Shown here piece by piece: positions 38,084 to 53,832 of a stretch of DNA of 64,000 nt (within the stretch, counting starts at the first letter, position 1; each line of letters opens with the position of its first letter). Below the pieces are notes generated by a model that saw only the letters and a program-made list of their open reading frames with translations, ran no database searches and was not told the origin of the DNA. Position numbers and translations under genes: made by a program. The DNA is taken from the NCBI GenBank assembly GCA_951406725.2, contig OX597842.1, positions 17,112,001-17,176,000 of the forward strand, given 5' to 3'. Source of the DNA: Octopus vulgaris (Eukaryota).

Positions 38084-40274
38084 GTGTGCGCGTGTGTGTC
38101 TGGGACGGGATTCTTTCAGTTTTCGTCAATCATACATACATTCGCAAGGGTTTTGTCGGCTCAGATTTAAACTAAATTGCCCCTGCCGCTGGTGCCACGC
38201 AATGGGACAGAACCCGGAGCTTTGTGGTTGGAAAGCAAACCTCTTACTGTACAGGAACAACTGCACCTAAAATCAGTGCCATTCCTGTGACGGGAATGGA
38301 ACCCGTGGCGCCTGGTTGATATTCAGGAATCCTAACTTCTATATCCTTAAATATTACTCATTATCTGAAACATAACTATTTTTACACTGGTAGAAAATCA
38401 GGATTTTTCTTAAGCAAAGATATAAGATTGAATCGATGTTACTCAATCTTCGTTTTCTCATTTCGTTAAAAACGAAAGTGAAAGTCGAATCGAGATTAGA
38501 TAGTAGCATTTTAATTCGAGAGACGTTCATTGATTCTCTCATTCACAGCTCTTTGTCTATAAATGATTTCTTTTATGGACGTAAGGAACATACGAGACAC
38601 ACAGACGAACTACAATATCCGCCACGGTGGGATTCTAAAGAGAATGTAAAGGGACGTGACTGAATACTAAAGATATTTTATCAGTCGATTCATGATTTCT
38701 ACAAATCCATCCATGTCCTTTCCGTTCTCTGTGGAATTGAGAAATAATAACAGTAAACCGAATGTAACGAAAGCACAAGTCAGCTACAGTATTCTAGATG
38801 TTAGAATTATAAAATTAATTCCAGTAATAATCTCTCTTTGTTGATTCATATTATATGCCTCTTGTATGAATAAAATACTTACTCTATCAGGTCTAGTCAG
38901 AAAACCAGACCTGATAGAGAAAAACTGGAGTAGGTTTTGAATTTAGCAGGCAAAATCACTTGGAATTCATTGAAATATTCCTGGCACCAGACAAGAAAAA
39001 ATTTGCCCAGTTTTATTTATTTTTATATTCAACAGCACGCTAATCGTTATCCTAAGATTTATTACCCTATTTTCATATCTATTCATTTATTTTAAATCTG
39101 TCTATCCCCATTAAATCCTAAATCACAGTAAAATTCGAAATCAGAACGTTTAGTTTCAAGACAGAGTAGAAAGAATAGTTGATCAGTCGATCCATGATTT
39201 CTACAAATCTACCCCTGTCCTTTCAATTTTCACTGGGAGTGGGAAATGAAAATGGTAAACCGAGTGTAATAAAAGCACAAGTCAGCTACAGTATTTTATA
39301 TCATAGAATAATAAAAACAATTTCAGTAATTATCTCTCTTTTCATTCTTAATATTATTAATTCACTTACCTTTAAGGTTCATGACTGTTACAGGGTTGTT
39401 AAGTAAACTTCACTTTTAGTTGCAAAACCGACCAACAAGACGTGTCCCACTGCAAACAATAAGCTTCTGCCTTTTAATGTTCCCTTTTCCTAGTCTCAAT
39501 AAACAAGCTTTGTTATATTTATTCCTATTCTCTTCGTTCTGATAATTTCAGAATAAATTCAGGATATTTCACAGTTTATTTCTTCGCTGGCCAACTTGAA
39601 CTTTCTTTCCCTCTTACTCCAGAAGCCGTCGCCAGGTAATTTCACTTTTCGTTAAATAAGTTCTTAAATTCAAGGTCTTATATTCATTTGTCTTTCTCTC
39701 CAGAATGCTTTGCTCTTCAGAAGGTAAGAAAATTATCAGTTTTACCCGTACCTTTGTTAGGTTATCAACAGCAACTGTTACTATCCATCGATCTTAGCAA
39801 TTAAACCGCTTGAAAGAAGTCGACTGCGTTTGTATGCAAGGTAATCGAAACGATTTTATATTAACTTGGCAATATATCGATAGCTTTAAATATTTAATTA
39901 TGCACTAGATAAATTACACTTAATGCCCTCGAAAAAAAACAGAGGTCAACGATTACATGAAGAGAATCCATATCTTCTTGAAATGAAGCCTTGCTTTGGA
40001 TTGTATTTTGATTTAAAGTAAACGTTGTCTAGATACCAAACATGAGAAATTTAAAAAATCTGTAAAACTTTCATTAAAATATATATATAAACATGTATAC
40101 ATATCCAACTATATCCATGAGAAGACATACATAAAGTAAAACATACAAATCTACACATATACATAAAAATATACCCTGATGTTGAAATTCCAATCAAGGA
40201 GTCATGAATCTAGGTTAGAAAACAGCTCTTTCTCTATAGGCAAGAGATCTTGAAATAAAACTGAACAATGAAAT

Positions 40275-41142
40275 TCATACATACATACATACATACACAC
40301 AAATAAACATACACAAATACTTACATACATAAACATATATACATACATACATATATATACATACATACATGCATATATTTATACATAAATACATATATAT
40401 ACATACATACATACTTACATACATATATACATACATACATACATATATATATATACATACATACATACATATATACCTATATACATACATACATACACAC
40501 ATACATACATACATATATACAAACATACATATGCATACATTCATACATGCATGCAAATATGCATACATACATACATATACATATATACGTATGTATACAT
40601 TCATACATACATACATATATATACATATATACATATATAAATACATACATACATACATACTTACATACAAACATATATATACATACATACATATATATAT
40701 ACATACATTCATACATACATACATATATACATACATACATACATATATACATATATACATACGTACATACATACAAACATACACACACATAGATACATAC
40801 ATGCATACATACATACATAAATACATACATACATATACATACATTCATGCATACATACATATATATATATGTATACATACATTCATATATATACACACAT
40901 ACGTACATACATATATATACATACATACATATATATACATACGTATATATATACATACATACATATATATATACATATATACGTACATACATACATACAT
41001 ACACACATACATAATTACATATATACAAATATATACATACCAATATATACATACATACACATAGACATATACATATATATATATATACATACATACATAT
41101 ATACATACATACATACATACATACTTATATTTATATATATAC

Positions 41143-41176
<34 letters not shown>

Positions 41177-41224
41177 ATACATACATACGTATATATACAT
41201 ACATGCGTACATATATATATATAT

Positions 41225-41271
<47 letters not shown>

Positions 41272-41317
41272 CATACATACATACATACATACATACATAC
41301 ATACATACATACATACA

Positions 41318-41353
<36 letters not shown>

Positions 41354-42781
41354 TATATATATTTAAGGCGGCGAGCTGGCAGAAACGTTACCACGCCAGG
41401 CGAAATGCGTAGCCGTTAAGTTCTGGGTTAAAATTCCGCCGAGGTCGACTTTGCCTTTCATTCTTTCGTGGTCGATAACTTAAGTACCAGTTACGCACTG
41501 GGGTCAATATAATCGACTTAATCCGTTTGTCTGTCCTTGTTTGTGGTCTCTGTGTTTAGCCCCTTGTGGGTAGTAAAGAATTACATATATATATACATAA
41601 ATACATACATACATACATATATACATATATGCAAACACACATACATACATACATATATATATACATACATACATACATACATACATACATACATACACAC
41701 ACACATACATACATACCTACATACATGAATACATACATTGACACACAAACATACATACGTACATGCATACATAGATACATAAATACATACATACATATAT
41801 ACATACATACATACATATATACATACATACATACACACAAACATACATATATACATACATACATACATACATATGTATACATTCATGCATACATACATAT
41901 ATACATACATACACACATACATACAAACATACATACACACATACATACATACATACAAACATACATACACACATACACACATACACACACACATACATGG
42001 ATTCATTAATAAATACATATATACATACATACATACATGCATATATACATACATACACACACATACATACATACATATATACATACATGCATACATACAT
42101 ACATAAATACATACATATATATATACATACATACATACATACATAGATACATATATACATGCATATATACATACATACATACACACATACATGCATACAT
42201 ACATATATACATACAAACATACATACACACATACATACATACATACAAACATACATACATGCACACATACACACATACACACATACATTCATACATAAAT
42301 ACATACATACATACATACATGCATATATACATACATACACACACATACATACATACATATATACATACATACATACATACACACATACATACATACACAC
42401 ATACATATATATATATACATACATACATACATACATAAATACATACATACATACACACATACATACATACATATATACATACATACACACGTACATACAT
42501 AAATATACATACATTCATACATACATTAAAACATACATACACACATACATACATACATACATACAAATATACATACATACATACATACAAACAAACATAC
42601 ATACATTCATACATACATTAAAACATACATACACACACATACATTCATACATACATACATAAATACATACATACATACATACATACATGCATATATACAT
42701 ACATACAAACATATTAACATGCATATATACATACATACATATGGACATACATACATAACATACATATATACATACATACAC

Positions 42782-42814
<33 letters not shown>

Positions 42815-44368
42815 CATACATACATACATAATATACATACACACAGACATATACATACATGCATATACATACATACATACATACATGCATACATATATAC
42901 ACATACATACATATGCATACATACATATACATACATACATACACATATATATGTATGCATATATACATACATACATATACATATAAACATATATATACAT
43001 ACATACATATATACATACATGCACACACATACATATATATATATACATACATACATACACACACGCATACATGCATATATATATATATACATACATTCAC
43101 ATACATACATACATACATGCATACATACATATATATACATACATACATACATATATATACATACATACATATATCTATATATACACACATATATATACAT
43201 ACAAACATACATACATACATATATTTATATACATACAAAAATATATATACATACATACAAACATACATAGAAACATATATATACATACATACATACATAA
43301 TTATATACATACATGCACACAAGCATACATACATACAGGCATACATACGTACATACATGCACACACACATACATACCTATCTACATACATACGAACATAC
43401 ATACACACACTCACATACATACATACATACATACATACATACATACTTGCATACATACATAATTACATACATACATACATATATACATACGTACATATAT
43501 ACATACATACATACATATATACATACATACACATACATACACACATATATATGCATACATACACACACATTTATACATACATACATTTACATACATTCAT
43601 ACATACATACACACATACATACATACATACAGACAGACTTATATACACACATACACACATACACACATACACACATACATACATACATAAATACATACAC
43701 ACATACATACAAACATACATACATATATATATATACATACATACATATATCCTATATACATACATACACGCTTATACATACATATATACATACATGCATA
43801 TATACATACATACACATACATACATACATATACATACATACACACACACATACATACATACACACATATATACACACACATATACATACATACATACATA
43901 CATAAGTAACAAGTGGATTGCGTTTGTATGCATGGTAATCGAAACGATTTTATTTTAACTTGGCAATATATCGATAGCTTTAAATTTTTAATTATGCACT
44001 AGATAAATTACACTTAATGTCCTCGAAAAAAACTATGGTCAACGATTACATGAAGAGAATCCATATCTTATTGAAATGAAGCTATGCTTTGGATTGTATT
44101 TAGATTAAAAGTAAACGTTGCCTAGATACCAAACTTGAGAAATTAAAACAAATCTGTAAGACTATCCAGAAGTTTAACATTTAAATATATGCATATATAT
44201 AAACATGTCTACATATGCAACTATATCCATGAGAAGACATACATAATGTAAAACATACAAATCTACATATATACGTAAACAAATACCAGCTCTTTCTCTA
44301 TTGGCAAGAGATATTGAAATAAAACAGAACAATGACATTAATACATACATGCACACATACATATATAT

Positions 44369-44401
<33 letters not shown>

Positions 44402-44471
44402 TACATACTTACATACATATATAAATATATTAATACTTACATACATATATATACATACATACAAACATACA

Positions 44472-44503
<32 letters not shown>

Positions 44504-44570
44504 CATATAGGCAAGAGATCTTGAAATAAAACTGAACAATGATCTTCATACATATATATATATACATACA

Positions 44571-44604
<34 letters not shown>

Positions 44605-44954
44605 CATGCATACATATATATACATACATATGTATACATACATACATACATATATATACATATTTACATATATATACATACATACATACACACATATATA
44701 TACATACATACATACATACATACATACGTACATATATATATATACATGCAATCATACATATATATATAGATACATGCACATATATATATACATCATATAT
44801 ATACATACATACATACATACATACATACATGTATATATACATACATATATAAATACATACCTTCACACATACATACTTACATACATACATAACTACATAC
44901 ATACATATACATACATACACATATATACATACATACATACACACAGACATATAC

Positions 44955-45015
<61 letters not shown>

Positions 45016-45349
45016 CATACATGCATGCATATATACACATACATACATATATATACATACATACATACATATGCGTACATACATGCATATATATATACAT
45101 ACATATATACATATATATATATGTGTATATATATACATACATACTTATATATACATACATACGTACATACAAAAATATACATAGATACATATATACATAC
45201 ATGCACACACGTACATACATGCATACATACATACTTACATACACACACATACATACGTACATACACACACACATACATACATACATACTTACATATACAT
45301 ACATACATCTATATACATACATATATACATACATACATACATGCATAAC

Positions 45350-45381
<32 letters not shown>

Positions 45382-45516
45382 CATACATACATACACACAG
45401 ACAAATATATACATACATATATATACATACATACATACATATATACATATATATACATACAAAGATATATATACATACATACATATATATTTACATACAT
45501 ACATACATATATATAT
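40275..45516. repeat. Long degenerate (TACA)n/(TA)n microsatellite field, interrupted by a SINE and a duplicated block
   Basis: Read directly. It is the source of the YIHT/MYVC pseudo-ORFs. Confidence 0.95.
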
Positions 45517-45688
45517 AAAATAATAGTTATCGCCATACTAATATGGCATTCTTATAAAAATAAGAAAAAAGCTGTCCGCTTATTAGCTCCAGGAGGCCAT
45601 CGCCTTAAGTAAGCTATTTGATACACAAACTGTATCCATATAACCTTCGAACAAGGGAGGTCAGTCGCTCCACACTACTTGACCGGCA

Positions 45689-45730
45689 GCTACAGACGCG
45701 TTTCGGGGTATTGCCCCTTTTCAATGCAGC
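45689..45730 (-). ncRNA. Type I hammerhead ribozyme (U3-A8 variant), inverted unit
   Basis: Exact reverse complement of 45987-46028. Confidence 0.8.
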
Positions 45731-45986
45731 GTAGCCAGCCAGTAGGTGTCGCTTCCGACAATCTCTGTTCGATGGTTTTATTTACCTAGTTTCGGTGGAA
45801 TACATCCACTTGTTTTCAATAATAGAAATATTAAAATAACTAAGTCTCTCTAAAAGAGAACAGCGGCAGTTATTTTAATATTTTAATATTTCTATTATTG
45901 AAAACAAGTGGATGTATTCCACCGAAACTAGGTAAATAAAACCATCGAACAGAGATTGTCGGAAGCGACACCTACTGGCTGGCTAC

Positions 45987-46028
45987 GCTGCATTGAAAAG
46001 GGGCAATACCCCGAAACGCGTCTGTAGC
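45987..46028 (+). ncRNA. Type I hammerhead ribozyme (U3-A8 variant)
   Basis: GCTGCA-TTGAAAA-GGGG CAATA CCCC-GAAA-CGCG-TC-TGTAGC. Predicted cleavage is after 46022. Confidence 0.82.
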
Positions 46029-46348
46029 TGCCGGTAAAGTAGTGTGGAGCGACTGACCTCCCTTGTTCGAAGGTTATATGGATACAGTTTGTGTATCAAA
46101 TAGCTAACTTAAGGCGATGGCCTCATGGAGCTAATAAGCGGACAGCTTTTTTCTTATTTTTATAAGAATGCCATATTAGTATGGCGATAACTATTATTTT
46201 CCGGGAACGCTGCCGCTGTTCTATTTTAGAGAGACTTAGTTATTTTAATATTTCTATTATTGAAAACAAGTGGATGTATTCCACCGAAACTAGGTAAATA
46301 AAACCATCGAACAGAGATTGTCGGAAGCGACACCTACTAGCTGGCTAC

Positions 46349-46390
46349 GCTGCATTGAAAAGGGGCAATACCCCGAAACGCGTCTGTAGC
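46349..46390 (+). ncRNA. Type I hammerhead ribozyme (U3-A8 variant), second direct unit
   Basis: Identical motif 362 bp downstream. Predicted cleavage is after 46384. Confidence 0.82.
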
Positions 46391-46623
46391 TGCCGGTCAA
46401 GTAGTGTGGAGCGACTGACCTCCCTTGTTCGAAGGTTATATGGATACAGTTTGTGTATCAAATAGCTAACTTAAGGCGATGGCCTCATGGAGCTAATAAG
46501 CGGACAGCTTTTTCCTTATTTTTATAAGAATGCCATATTAGTATGGCGATAACTATTATTTTCCGGGAACGCTGCCGCTGTTCTCTTTTAGAGAGACTTA
46601 GTTATTTTAATATTTCTATCATA

Positions 46624-46664
<41 letters not shown>

Positions 46665-47473
46665 ACATACATATATATATATATACATACATATATATAC
46701 TTACATACATATATATACATATATACATGCATACACACATATATACATACATGCACACACACATACATACATAAATGCATGGATACATACATACACACAT
46801 ACATACAAACCTACCTACCTACATACATACATACATATACATACATACATACAAACAAACAAACAAACAAACAAACATACATACATACATACATACATAC
46901 ATACATACATACATACATACATACATACATACATACATACATACATACATACATACATACATACCTAAGTGTATGTACCTGTGTGCATGAAAATGGCTGT
47001 CTTGCATTTACTTGATAGGTAATATGAGAACATTGTGTGTCACCCTGCGTCGCTGCACCCACCATTTCTTAGTGATTCCCTGACGGACGACGGCTTTGTA
47101 TCATTTACGTGACAACCCTCCAACCCATGGTTCTGTTAGGGTAGTCGATGGTAGTGATGGCTTTACGGGATCAAAGTGCAAATGCTATCTCGTCTCCTTT
47201 TAATCTCTGTTTAGAAAACGCAGACGAAAGTTTGGGTCTATTCATTGATATGCCAGTCCCCTTCACAGCCCTGGGGCAACGTGAAATCCAGTGTCTTGCT
47301 CAAGGATACAATACGCCATCCCGTCTGGGAATCGATCGCACGCTCAGAGGATCGTGAATGCAAATCCTGACCCCTAAGCCACTCACATTCACTGATGAAA
47401 AAAATGTATTAACTTTGGGATTTTATTTAAAAATTCAATAAAATGATAATCGTGGTTCCTGATTGCGAATATA

Positions 47474-49127
47474 GGATCTTTTCCGTTTGACCAGCAGTTG
47501 TTAACATAACTTCCACAAAACTAAAACCTTTTAAACTTCGTATTCTGGTAGAATGTATTTATAAAACATCTTTTTCCCTTGTTTTTATTGAGAATATTCT
47601 TTGATAAAGTCGATCATGGAATGATATGTCACAAACTGCGTGATCTCAACATAGTTGGAAAACTGGGAGAATGGCTTCATGACTTTCTGAAAGATAGAAG
47701 TCAGGTGGTAGTAGCCAATGGGGCCACTTCCATTAACACGCAAATAGTGAGCGGTGTTCCGCAGGGCACTGTTTTGGGACCACTACTGTTCATAATGGCC
47801 CTCTCAGACATGCCCTCAGCCACGCAGAGAGCCACGATCACAAGTTATGCAGATGATACAAAAGTTTCACAGGCAATACAGAACCCTGAGGACACTAAAC
47901 GCCTGCAATGTGAGGTGGACAAAATATACAAGTGGGCTGAAAAGAATAGCATGCAGTTCAATGCTGAAAAGTTTCAAGCTTTATACTATCAGCATGCAAA
48001 ACTAAATGCAATACCCAATGAATACACTGGACCCGGAGGAATAGCAATCCCAGAGGCACAATCAGTGCGTGACCTGGGTATTTACATGAGTGATGACGCA
48101 ACCTTTCGTGTACATGTTGCTAAATTGGCAATGAAATGTAGACGACTGGCCGGATGGATTCTCAGAACCTTTAGAACAAGAGAACAAGAAACCATGATGG
48201 TCCTCTGGAGGACACTTGTCCGAAGCCACTTTGACTATTGCTCTCAGTTATGGTCACCATCCAGTGTCAAGTTGATCACAGAACTCGAGGCGATCCAACG
48301 TAGCTACACGAAGAAGATAGCCTCTATGCAGAATGTAAGCTACTGGGAAAGACTCAAGAGATTAAAACTATATTCCTTGGAGCGTAGGCGGGAAAGATAT
48401 GCCATAATATACATCTGGAAGATCCTGGAGGGACGTGTCCCAAACTTTAGCATCGAGAGTTACACAAATGCCAGAACTGGGCGCCACTGCGTGGTGCCTA
48501 GGACTCCAAATTTGCCATCAAGATGTAGGACAAGATACCGTGATAGCCTGGGCTTCCGAGGCCCACAGCTCTTCAATATCCTCCCGAAGAACCTGAGAGA
48601 CCTGCATGGGGTGGATGCAGATGTCTTTAAAATGAAGCTTGATCTCTTCCTGTCAGGTGTCCCAGATGAACCAACTTCACGGCAGGAGGTGCAGATGAGG
48701 GCAGCTGCATCGAACTCTCTCATGCACCAAATGGCAGTTGCTAAAAAGCTTTCGTGAAGTAAAACCATGTAGCAACACCAAATGGCGGTGCCCCAGCATG
48801 GCCACAGCTCATGAGCTGAAACTAAAATCAATCAATCAATCAATCAATTTGTAAGATATTTGATGTTGTTTTTCTTCAATTTCTGCTATTCCAACCAATC
48901 AATGACGTCTATTGAGGTAAAAAGACTTTCTGTGCGTATGAATATATCCTTCGTTTAAGAAACAGATTGGGTTTATTTACACTTCTGAAGAAAAAAAGAT
49001 ACACTTCCCGCCACCCCTAACCCTAAACTAGATTGAAATGCAATAGATCGATACTAGGGTCATAATTATAGGTGACAATTTCATAAGTTACCGCTAGAAA
49101 AAACTGCCTTTCAAACTAAAAAGAGCC
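47474..49127. mobile_element. MITE, same insertion as 54339-54742, interrupted by a LINE fragment
   Basis: TIRs GGATCTTTTCCGTTTGA... / ...TCAAACTAAAAAGAGCC, with imperfect 8-bp TSD CGAATATA/TGAATATC. Confidence 0.75.
47601..48847 (+). mobile_element. 5'-truncated LINE (RT C-terminal half, uninterrupted ORF), related to 4560-7570
   Basis: [28 protein letters not shown], stop at 48757 and (CAAT)n tail. Confidence 0.93.
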
Positions 49128-49320
49128 TGAATATCTTCTAATCGATTCTTAATATTAACTGATTATGTTCAGCGGAATAAATGGCTGCCTAAGCGCATAA
49201 AATATTTATGCTGTAATGATTTTTAGAAAGATAGAAAACATACTAATAACAAATGAATCACGATATTATATATTGATTAGACTCAAGGTTGTTTATCGCA
49301 ATCTATAGCTGGATATTTTT

Positions 49321-49348
49321 AATATACATACATACATACATACATACA

Positions 49349-49382
<34 letters not shown>

Positions 49383-49907
49383 CATACATACATACATATA
49401 TACATACATGCATTCATACATACATACATACATACATATATATGTACATAAATACACACACATATATATACACACATACATACGTATATACGCATTCATA
49501 CATATATATATATACATACATACAAACATATATATATACATATATATATATACATACATACATACATACAAACATATATATATATACCTACATACACATA
49601 TATACATACATACATACAAACATATATATATATACGTACATACATACATATATATACATACATAGTAACATAATGCATACTTACATACATAGTACATATA
49701 TACATACATATATATATATATACATACATACATACACACATACATACATACATATATACATACTTCACACACATACATACATACGTATACATACATAAAT
49801 ATATATGCATACATACATGCATACATACATATACATACATACATATATATACATACATATCTACATACATATATATACATACATACATATATATACATAC
49901 ATATATG

Positions 49908-49941
<34 letters not shown>

Positions 49942-51458
49942 TATATATAAATACATACATATATATATATATACACACATATATATACATGCATACATAC
50001 ACACATATATACATATACATACAAACATGCATACATACATTCGTACATACATTCATACATACATACATATATATAAATACATACATACATACATACATAC
50101 ATACATACATACATACATACATGCATATACATACATACATGTATATACATACATACATGCATACATATATACATACACACATATACATACATACATATAC
50201 ATACATGCATACATACAAACATACATACATATACTTACATACTTATACATACATACATACATACAAATACATACATATATTCATACATATACTTTGATAC
50301 TTTGATACTTTGATAGGTTTCGGCCATTATTGGCCCAGGCCATGTCTAACTTAATAGCACCACCTGGTGAAGTCTTTCAAGTCAGAATTTGGGCACTATG
50401 GCCCACTCAAGTAGAGAGTTATTGTTTACAGAGACTTATCCGGGTGTAGGGGGTTTATCCGGGATTTCTTGAAGGAATCTGTCCAAAGACTTCTTGAACC
50501 CTATAGGGTCAGTTTCTGGTGTAATGTTAAAGAGAGCGGGGCCAATTGAGGTGAAATAATTGTGCCGTATTGTTGTTATGAGATGAGAGTGCGATTTTTG
50601 TTTTGGGCGGATGGCACGGGGCCCAAGCCTTGGATGTACCTTGAAGGTGATGCCAACATCATTTGGGCAATGCTGATGGAATATTTTCCACATCATGCAG
50701 ATGATGTAGCGCTCACGACGACGTTGGAGAGAATAGAGTTTTAGCTTTTCTAGTCGACCCCAATAGTCGAGGCCTGTCATGCCATCTATCTTTTTTGTGA
50801 TTGCCCTTTGAGGTGCTTCAACTTTTATGATACCTTGTATTGTGTGGGGAGACCACAGTGGACAACAGTATTCAAGGTGGGGTCGGGCAAAAGTGGAGAA
50901 GAGAAGGATAATGGTGTGGATATCTCTCGACTGGAAAGTTCTGAGAATCCAGGAACACATTCTGCGGGCCATGTCAACTTTGGTGTTTATATGAGTGGCC
51001 CAGCTTATGTTGTTGTCCACAATTACTCCCAAGTCTCTGATGTTGTTGGACGCCGCGAGAGTTTCACCTGAAGGAAGGGAGTATGGGAGTTTCAGGGCAT
51101 CCTCTTTTCCAAAGTGGATTAGCTCAAATTTATCCTCGTTCAGCAGCATATTGTTTTTTTCTACCCATTGGATAACAGCCAGTAGATCTGACTGAAGGCA
51201 TGTCCGGTCACTCGCCTCATTTATGACCTTCTGTAGCTTGGAGTCATCTGCAAAGATTTTTATGTTGCTGTGCTTGATGATGTCATTAATATCATTAATG
51301 TAAATGATGGGCCCAGCACAGTGCAGAAGTGGGCCCAGCACAGTGCAGAAGTGGGCCCAGCACAGTGCAGAAGTGGGCCCAGCACAGTGCCCATATAAAT
51401 ACATACATACATATACATACATACATATACATACATACATACATATACATACATATAT

Positions 51459-51491
<33 letters not shown>

Positions 51492-51833
51492 CATCCATAC
51501 ATATATATACATACATACATACATATATATACATACGTACATATACATACATAAATGTACATACAAACATACATACATGCATACATACATGCATACATAT
51601 ACATCCATGAATATATATACATACATACATATATACATACATACATACATACATAAATACATATATACATATATACATATATTCATACATACATACAAAC
51701 ACATATACACACATATATTCATAAATAAATACACATAGATACATACATACATACATAGATACATACATACATATACATACATACATACAAACATTCATAC
51801 ATACATGTATACATACATACATACATACATACA

Positions 51834-51865
<32 letters not shown>

Positions 51866-52573
51866 CATACACACATACATAAATACATACATACATTCAT
51901 ACATACATGTATACATACATATATACATAAATACATACATTAACACATACATACATACATAAATACATGCATACTACATACATACACACATACATAACTA
52001 CATACATACATATACATACATACATATATATACATACATACATACATACATAGACACAGACATATACATACATACATATATATACATACATACATATATG
52101 CATACATATATACACATACATATATATACATACATACATATGCATACATACATATATATATACATATATATATATATACGTACAAACATATATATACATA
52201 CATACATATATACATACATGCACACACATACATACATGCATACATACTTACATAGACACACATACATACGTACATACATACACACACATACATACATACA
52301 TACATACTTACATATATATACATACATACATATATATACATACATATATACATACATACATGCATAACTACATACGTACATAAATATACATACGTACATA
52401 TATATACATACATACATACACACAGACATATACATACATACATATATATACATACAGACATACATATATACATATATATACATACAAACATATATATATA
52501 TACATACATACATACATACTTATATACATACATATATACATACATACATATATATATACATATATATACATAC

Positions 52574-52608
<35 letters not shown>

Positions 52609-53412
52609 CATTCATACATATGTATACATACAGAAATACATACGTATATATACATACATACATATATATACATATATACATACATACATACATATATACT
52701 TACATGCACAAACATACATACATACATACACACATACATACATACCTACCTACCTACATACATACATACACATACATACATACAAACAAACATACATACA
52801 TACGTACATATATACATATATAAATGTATACATACATACATAAATACATACATACATACATACATTCATATATACATACATAGATACACATACATACATA
52901 CATATATACATACACACAAATACATAAATACATATACATACATTCATACATATGTACATATATACATACGTACATACGTACACATACATACATATATACA
53001 TACATACACATACACACACTTACATACATACAAACATACATACATACACACATACATACATACATACATTCATTCCTATATACATACATAGATACACATA
53101 CATACATACATACATATATACGTACATACACACATAGACACATACATACATAGATACATACATACACATACACACACTTACATACATACAAACATACATA
53201 CATACACACATACATACACACATACACTCATACATACATACATACATACTACATACATACATGCAAATATACATACATATATACATACACACACACATAC
53301 ATACATACAAAGATACATACATAAATACATACACACATACATACACACATACACACATACATACATAATACATACGTACATACATGCATATATACATACA
53401 TACGTACATACA

Positions 53413-53446
<34 letters not shown>

Positions 53447-53832
53447 CATACATACGTAACTACATACATACATATACATACATATATATACATACATACA
53501 CACAGACATATACATACATATATATATATATACATACATACATACATACATATGAATACATACATACATATATATACATACATACATACATATCTATATA
53601 TACATATATACATATATATGCATACACACATACATATATATATATACATACATATATATATACATTCACACACATACATGCATACATACTTACATACATA
53701 CATGCATACATACATACATACATACATACATACATACATACATACATACATACATTCATACATGCATACATACATGCATACATACATACATACATACATA
53801 CATACATACATACATACATACATACATACATA
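49321..53832. repeat. Degenerate (TACA)n field surrounding the LINE at 50291-51391
   Basis: Read directly from the sequence. Confidence 0.93.
50291..51391 (-). mobile_element. 5'-truncated LINE RT fragment with (CAAAGTAT)n tail and a 22-bp tandem repeat at its 5' junction
   Basis: [21 protein letters not shown] and LYSLQRRRERY. GGGCCCAGCACAGTGCAGAAGT occurs about four times at 51309-51390. Confidence 0.92.

Larger units (their letters stand above)
45517..46619 (+). mobile_element. 362-bp hammerhead-containing tandem repeat (retrozyme-like): one inverted unit (45517-45869) plus about two direct units (45868-46619)
   Basis: Near-identical units with period 362 (core at 45993 and 46355), no coding capacity, flanked by (TA)n/(TACA)n. 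Confidence 0.85.

Noticed and set aside
45868-46619. CRISPR-like or gene-like reading of the tandem repeat
   Set aside because: The units are 362 bp and nearly identical with no unique spacers, there are no cas genes, and the context is eukaryotic.
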